In this document: piece by piece, positions 26,786 to 32,014 of the stretch
Layout of the letters: each line of letters opens with the position of its first letter
Position numbering within the stretch: the first letter of the stretch is position 1
Source of the DNA: Candidatus Hydrothermarchaeales archaeon
GTDB taxonomy: Archaea > Hydrothermarchaeota > Hydrothermarchaeia > Hydrothermarchaeales > JAZGAD01
Reading direction: 5' to 3'
DNA: 32,014 nt
Assembly (NCBI GenBank): GCA_036444275.1
Contig: JAZGAD010000056.1
Span: forward strand, 1-32,014
Translations under genes and position numbers: made by a program
The notes under the pieces: generated by a model
What the model was told of the DNA's origin: nothing
What the model saw: the letters and a program-made list of their open reading frames with translations, nothing else
Database searches by the model: none

Positions 26786-27669
26786 TGCTAGAAGGTTGCT
26801 TCACGGCAATAGTGACGCCGTTCTCGGGTAGTGGGGTAAAGGCACCCGTGGATTGGGATGCATTCAGCAAGCTGCTGTCCTTCCAGAAAGAGGGAGGTGT
26901 AACCGGCATTGTAGCATGTGGCACCACAGGGGAATCCCCTACACTCGCCCATGAAGAGCACAACAGAGTCATAGCGCTAACAGCTGAAGAATTCGACGGC
27001 ATCACGATAGCTGGTACCGGTTCTAATAGTACCTGGGAAGCTGTAGAGCTAACTAAACACGCCCAAGATGTCGGCTCAGATGCAACGCTGCAGGTATGCC
27101 CATATTATAACAAGCCAAATCAAGAGGGGCTCTACAGGCACTTCGCTGCTGTGGCAGAAGCCGTGGATATTCCAGTAATCCTCTACAATGTGCCCGGGAG
27201 AACAAGCCGGGAGATAGCACCAGAAACAATGGCCAGGCTCTCTGAAGAATACTCCAATGTAGTCGGAGTGAAAGAGGCCTCTGGAAAGGAGGAAAACTGG
27301 AAGGGTATTAGGGAAAAGTGCGGCGAAGATTTCCTGATCCTCGCTGGCAACGACGGCGACACGTACCGTTTGATGAAGGATTACGGCGCCAAAGGCGTTG
27401 TCTCTGTGGCCTCTAATGTTATCCCTAGACAGATCAGTGATCTTGTCGCCTTCGGTTTAAATGGTAGATTCGAAGAGATGGAAAAAGAAGTCAATCACCT
27501 GGATGAATTCTTTAAAGCCCTCTTCATAGACACTAACCCAATACCTGTCAAGGAAGCCATGAACCTACGTGGGATTAACGCTGGGAATTACCGGCTTCCC
27601 CTTTGCGAGCTGAGCATGGATAAGAGGGATAGATTAAAGGAAGTGCTAGATAGATTGGGTTCTCTCTGA
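26785..27669 (+). CDS. dapA: 4-hydroxy-tetrahydrodipicolinate synthase
   Basis: TAIVTPF, GTTGESPTL, PYYNKP, YNVPGRT, GVKEASG, TNPIPVK. Confidence 0.97.
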   Translation: MLEGCFTAIVTPFSGSGVKAPVDWDAFSKLLSFQKEGGVTGIVACGTTGESPTLAHEEHNRVIALTAEEFDGITIAGTGSNSTWEAVELTKHAQDVGSDATLQVCPYYNKPNQEGLYRHFAAVAEAVDIPVILYNVPGRTSREIAPETMARLSEEYSNVVGVKEASGKEENWKGIREKCGEDFLILAGNDGDTYRLMKDYGAKGVVSVASNVIPRQISDLVAFGLNGRFEEMEKEVNHLDEFFKALFIDTNPIPVKEAMNLRGINAGNYRLPLCELSMDKRDRLKEVLDRLGSL

Positions 27670-27681
27670 GGTTTTTGAAAA

Positions 27682-28500
27682 ATGATCAAGGTAGCTGTTA
27701 TCGGCGCCTGTGGCCGAATGGGAAGCAGTATAATCAAGGCACTTCAAAGCAGAGCTAACATGAAGCTGGTATGCGCCGTGGAATCCGAGCATAATCCATA
27801 TCTAGGGAAAGATGTCGGTGAGGCTGTAGGCATCGAGAGACGGGGAGTGAAGCTGGTATCTAGTACCAGTCTGGATGAAACCCTAAAGGACTGTAAACCA
27901 GCTGTACTCGTGGATTTCACAAATGCAAATGCAGCTGTAGACAACATGAAAACAGCAGCTAGGAACAGTGTCAACTTGGTGATTGGGACGACTGGTTTCA
28001 GTGAGAAACAGAGTAAAGAGATAGAGGCAGCGATAAAAGAAGCAGGGGTATCGGCAGTGGTATCCCCAAATATGGCTACTGGTGTGAATGTATTCTTTAA
28101 AATTGCTCAGGCGGCAGCTGGAATACTAAAAGATTATGAAGTCGAGATCATCGAGGCCCATCATAGATTCAAAAAAGATTCACCATCAGGCACAGCGTTA
28201 CGTGTAGGGGAACTTATCGTCAAGGAGCTGGATGGGAACTTGGAAGAGAGTGCAGTCTATGGCCGGAAGGGAGCTGGGCAGAGGCCACCTAGAGAAATTG
28301 GCTTCCATTCCATTAGAGCTGGAGATATAGTTGGGGAACATACAGTGCTCTATGCAGGAGAAGGTGAGAGGCTTGAGATCACCCACCGTGCCCATAGTAG
28401 AGACCCTTTCGTCAGAGGCGCTATAGACGCTATAGAATTCGTAGATGGAAAAAAGGACGGGAAGATCTATAATACCTGGGATGTCCTCGGGATATCCTAA
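27682..28500 (+). CDS. dapB: 4-hydroxy-tetrahydrodipicolinate reductase
   Basis: GACGRMG, DFT, GTTG, EAHHRFKKDSPSGTA, RAGDIVGEH. Confidence 0.97.
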   Translation: MIKVAVIGACGRMGSSIIKALQSRANMKLVCAVESEHNPYLGKDVGEAVGIERRGVKLVSSTSLDETLKDCKPAVLVDFTNANAAVDNMKTAARNSVNLVIGTTGFSEKQSKEIEAAIKEAGVSAVVSPNMATGVNVFFKIAQAAAGILKDYEVEIIEAHHRFKKDSPSGTALRVGELIVKELDGNLEESAVYGRKGAGQRPPREIGFHSIRAGDIVGEHTVLYAGEGERLEITHRAHSRDPFVRGAIDAIEFVDGKKDGKIYNTWDVLGIS

Positions 28501-28592
28501 CAACTTTTGTCTACGTTTAATCACTGGCTTTGAACTTATGTCACAAAAATTAATAAGGGGAGTCCTGATAGAAAGAAGAATGAGGAAGGTGG

Positions 28593-29507
28593 ATGTCCCG
28601 ATTCCTTCGTTTGATGCAGCAGTACCCTAAGGCAATAATGAGGTACTGTGAGGCTCTACAATGGGATTACGACAAATTCAAGGTTAGTATCAGCGATGAA
28701 GGGATATCCCATCCGGACTTATACTTAGAAGACCCTAACCTTGGGATTATAGACAAGCTCAGTCAATTTCTAGAGCCCACGAACCAGTCTTCGGTCTTCA
28801 TCATATGGGACGATGTAGGCATGGGTAAGAGCTCTATCCGCGACTTCGTGAGCAAATCTCTGGACGAGATAGGCAATTACCACGTAGTCCTAATCACTGA
28901 CCCGAGGATCACCTCTTTCCAGCTGTTAAGGGAGATAGCCCTCCAGATCGAGGCTGAAGCGAAGTGGAGGGACCGCGCGAAGGTTAAGCGTGCCCTATCA
29001 GAAAGGCTTGCGGAAATAGTAAAGAAAGGAGTAAATCTCGTTATATGGGTGGACGAGGCTGAGAAGGTGACTAAGGATATAATCTCAGAGCTACGCGCAC
29101 TAAGCGATGTCAAGGCCGAGAGTGGCCTCAAGGTCTGCAAGATCGTCCTGTCCGGCACCCCGCGTTTAATGCAGAAGATAGACGAGTATATAGAACACGA
29201 CCCAGAGGATGCCTTAGCCTTCGACGACCGCGCCAGTTTGAATACCTTTAGGCTAAATAAATGGACCAGCAGAGATATATTTAATTACTGGAAACTAGTC
29301 TCCCAGTTCTGTGGTGAGATGAATCCCTTCACTGTCGACGCAGCCGACACAGTGCACAGGATCAGCGAAGGAAAACCACGTACTATATCCCAGATAACCA
29401 AACTGGTTATAAACCTAAAGTCAATGAAACATACAGTCGACGACTCAGCGTTAGAGATAAGCTCAGAGGACATCTTGGCATCGCTGAAGGGACACCTGGA
29501 AGAATAG
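28593..29507 (+). CDS. ExeA/GspA-like AAA+ ATPase (AAA_22-type) without a C-terminal extension
   Basis: Walker A DDVGMGKS, ITDPRI..QLLREI, Walker B VIWVDEAE, ELRAL, IVLSGTPRL, SEGKPRTI. Confidence 0.82.
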   Translation: MSRFLRLMQQYPKAIMRYCEALQWDYDKFKVSISDEGISHPDLYLEDPNLGIIDKLSQFLEPTNQSSVFIIWDDVGMGKSSIRDFVSKSLDEIGNYHVVLITDPRITSFQLLREIALQIEAEAKWRDRAKVKRALSERLAEIVKKGVNLVIWVDEAEKVTKDIISELRALSDVKAESGLKVCKIVLSGTPRLMQKIDEYIEHDPEDALAFDDRASLNTFRLNKWTSRDIFNYWKLVSQFCGEMNPFTVDAADTVHRISEGKPRTISQITKLVINLKSMKHTVDDSALEISSEDILASLKGHLEE

Positions 29508-29553
29508 TCGTTAGACAAATCATGAATGAACTTATATGCAGGAAGTCTTGCTT

Positions 29554-29784
29554 ATGAGAAAGAAACTGGACCTCAGAGAAAAGTTAAAGATGCTATCACC
29601 AGAGGCAGCAGGGACGACGCCCTTACTAAAGGCAGTTAACGCTGCGGAAATAGAGCTCGGAGAACCAAGAACCAAACCAACATTAGGTGACTTCGAACTC
29701 GAACTTGATGAAATCACTAGTAAAGCATCGTTTTTGGATAAGGCGCTGCTCAACCTTATCAAGCCGAGTTCTCCCTCCGTGTAG
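29554..29784 (+). CDS. Small hypothetical protein downstream of the ATPase; its 3' end probably runs into the IS remnant
   Basis: Co-oriented ORF about 45 nt after the ATPase stop. The last codons overlap the antisense transposase C-terminus. Alternative start at 29536. Confidence 0.45.
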   Translation: MRKKLDLREKLKMLSPEAAGTTPLLKAVNAAEIELGEPRTKPTLGDFELELDEITSKASFLDKALLNLIKPSSPSV

Positions 29785-30825
29785 GCAGTCAAGGCGTTGA
29801 GGAGGTGTAAGCACCCACCCACGCCTATGAGGGACGTGTGCCCACCTCTTGCCCCTGTGGGGCATGATCGTGAGCCCATAGCCATTGTCCAGACTGTACC
29901 GCTTCTCAACTGCGGGGCGCACATCATACACCGGGTCGAGATAGGGCCACAGCCCGTTGGGTATGTACTCGCCCTTGAAGTGCTCTCTGCCAGGCGTCTT
30001 TATCACCCTCGCCTACCGCGTTCTCCCTGGCCCTAATGATAGGTATGATGTTATGGCCCAAGACCAACTCGTTGTTGTCGTGGCTGTCGCTACCCCCATC
30101 GCTCAGCCGTGCTAGGAGTTTCATAGCTGCATAGCCCCGCATGTAGCCCTTGAAGGTAGGGGGAATACCACCTGGTCACTCAGCCTAGCGTTGTACTCCC
30201 TGAAGTAGTCAAGTAGGCTTCACCAGCTGTTGAGGACACTGGAGTTGGTGTAACCATTACCTCTGTACTTGGGCTTCTTGTAGGGACCCGCTTGAGCATC
30301 ACTGGTGAAGTAAATCTTGAAGAAACGCCAATCCCAGATCTTGAGGGGGCTCCCCATGAGCCCATAAGCATAGCACTCGTTCCCTCTCGCCAGGAAGTAG
30401 TAGTCCACGCCAATGCCGGCCATAGCGAGGAGTTTGAGGTACTGGCGCTCCGAGAGCAACCGCTTCTCTTCAAGCCCTAGGTCTTTCCTCAGATCCTCGC
30501 CCTCAAGCCTCTCTAGCTAGGGCGTATGCCTTAGGACTGCTTGCTTGTACCTGGTGAGTTCAGCCCTGAAGGCATCCCCAAGGGTGAAACTCGTGGAGTG
30601 GATGTGGACACCCAACAACCGCTGGAGCCAGTCGAAGAAGCCGAAGTCGTTGAGTTCGAAGAGGTATTTGAGGTAGCCCTTGTCCTTAGGCTCCCTGACC
30701 TCTTGTCCCTCGAAGCCTCTGTGCTTGCGCCTCCGTAGGATGTGGTAAGCCAAGCCTCTGAGTGGATAGCATCTTAGAGAAGATGGGAATAAGGACTGTC
30801 TATACGCCGTGATAAGTCGAATCAA
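29750..30825 (-). pseudogene. Degraded IS4/IS5-superfamily DDE transposase
   Basis: Joined fragments give IWD..DAQAG..GNGY, LSDGGSDSHDN..NIIPIIRAREN and YDVRPAVEKRYS..YGL..PHRG (YREK-like). In-frame stops at 30517 and 30220, frameshifts near 30160, 30003 and 29835. Ends are approximate. Confidence 0.72.
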
Positions 30826-30950
30826 GGTGTATGTGCATCAGAGCAGGAGGGCCCGCAGGGAGAATATATTACCTGTTAAAGCCTGTGGGTTCATTATCCA
30901 CGATATTTATATTTAATATGATAAACATGTTTTTCAATGGGATGATAGAA

Positions 30951-31277
30951 ATGCGGGCAATAAACAAATATTTATCGAGGATGCTAGGACGCACCACACC
31001 TGGAAAGGAAGAGCTGCCGCCTGCTATTAAGTACACTGTTCTAAGATACTTTGCAGTTGCAGACGTCAAAAAAGCAACGAAGATGGCTTTTTTGGAAATA
31101 GATGACTTAGACTCTGAGGATGCTCTTTATGTATTCCAGAAACTAGCAGAAATTAATGCTACTCCCCTCCCCAATGCTCCACCATGGGTTAGTACTTCCC
31201 TTGAGAACATGAGAAAAGCTCTTACGGAAATGTGGCACCCTCGCGGGAAAAAGAAGAGTGAAGGGATAGTACGATAA
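30951..31277 (+). CDS. Hypothetical protein
   Basis: 108-aa ORF downstream of an AT-rich TTTATATTTA promoter-like stretch. The start is uncertain and no motif was recognised. Confidence 0.55.
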   Translation: MRAINKYLSRMLGRTTPGKEELPPAIKYTVLRYFAVADVKKATKMAFLEIDDLDSEDALYVFQKLAEINATPLPNAPPWVSTSLENMRKALTEMWHPRGKKKSEGIVR

Positions 31278-31719
31278 TTGCTCTCATCAATTAATTAACC
31301 AGTTTTAAACTAAACATACTTTTCGTCAGTATAATACAAATGCTGACTTTTATGCTCTCTAACCAGGTTCAGTCTTAAAAACAGGAGCACCTGAAGTCTC
31401 CTATTAACGGAGGCCATTATCTCATCCACGGCCATAAGGCCAAATTTAAAAATCGATGTATATCCTATCCCCTTCTCCATAGTTTTTCCTGCCAGTAGGG
31501 GATGATCTTAGATGTGAGCCTCCTTCCATGACTTGTCCAAGAACCCCTTATTGGCGAGCCACCCTTCCGATGCCCCCCCGGGGCAATTTTCCTGAGGGCA
31601 TCTCTGAAGATATGAGGAGTGAGAGGAGCTGTGGTTTGATCTCGCTCTACATATATTTTCACGTCCCTGGAGCGAGCTTGGTGTAAGACACTACTGGGCG
31701 AACGAGCAAAGCCTGCACT

Positions 31720-32013
31720 TCACTTGGCAGTTGGCTCTTCATGCATTCCTAGCGCTTTTAATATCTTCGTAGACGACTCTGGATCGAAGAACATCAAAAA
31801 CTGTCCGCCCAAGATCTGGGGAGGCAGGCTGAATTCGGTGTCAATAATCAGTGCGCGCTCCACAGTTCGACTTAGATCTATCAACAAAAGGTCGATTACT
31901 GCTCCAGCCATGTCATAGGATAGATAGGGAACAGAGGGTATGATGTTAAGTCCCATGAAGTTACTCAGTGCGGTCATATATGCCCCCATTAGTATGTTCC
32001 CTAGTTCCTTGAG
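31720..32013 (-). CDS. cheC: Chemotaxis phosphatase CheC, 5'-partial
   Basis: LKELGNILMGAYMTALSNF (E-x-x-N motif), PSVPYLSYDMAGAVID, IIDTEF, DPES..ILKAL. Confidence 0.9.
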   Translation of the reverse strand, partial: LKELGNILMGAYMTALSNFMGLNIIPSVPYLSYDMAGAVIDLLLIDLSRTVERALIIDTEFSLPPQILGGQFLMFFDPESSTKILKALGMHEEPTAK

Positions 32014-32014
32014 A

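Noticed and set aside
31365-31445. Possible fluoride riboswitch-like ATGGCCTCCG segment
   Set aside because: The required pseudoknot pairing and a downstream crcB-type gene are missing.
31688-31720. KCRLCSFAQ*C as a Cas4 C-terminal cysteine cluster
   Set aside because: Only 11 codons, with no upstream Cas4 body (cheC occupies that space) and no cas context.
1-32014. Numerous antisense or overlapping ORFs in the track (e.g. 1987-2493, 6074-6778, 19812-20195, 20406-20825)
   Set aside because: Shadows of well-supported genes, with no motifs or start signals.
1-32014. CRISPR array, rRNA or intact mobile element
   Set aside because: No regularly spaced repeats, rRNA-like sequence or intact transposase/integrase was seen.

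Overview
Archaeal chromosomal window of euryarchaeal type, shown by TBP, aIF2-beta, Alba, a Sm/Lsm protein, S17e, an intronless C1-G72 tRNA-Tyr, and BRE/TATA plus GGAGG/GGTG signals. The exact lineage cannot be fixed from sequence alone. The core (about 1.7-28.5 kb) is mostly housekeeping: thiDN, larE, apgM-hom-ACT-acyP, GT2+HDAC, DUF362, tRNA-Tyr, thiL, amrS, a RelBE-type toxin-antitoxin pair, ahbA/B/C heme genes split by an orphan response regulator, an RNase H-fold protein plus Lhr helicase, metG, tbp-aIF2b-spoIIM, Lsm, alba, sppA and rps17e-dapA-dapB. Both ends look accessory. The left end is AT-rich and defence-like (a DPDNG-motif protein and a wHTH/PD-(D/E)xK nuclease). The right end has an ExeA/GspA-like AAA ATPase, a decayed IS4-superfamily transposase, orphan ORFs and the 3' end of cheC. 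The most striking observation is that two translation genes, missed or truncated by the ORF track, have no ATG/GTG/TTG at their conserved N-terminus. aIF2-beta appears to start at ACG and rps17e at ATA, each 7 nt after a strong GGAGG Shine-Dalgarno (SD) site and each overlapping an upstream ORF. All family calls come from motif recognition by eye; no database searches were run.
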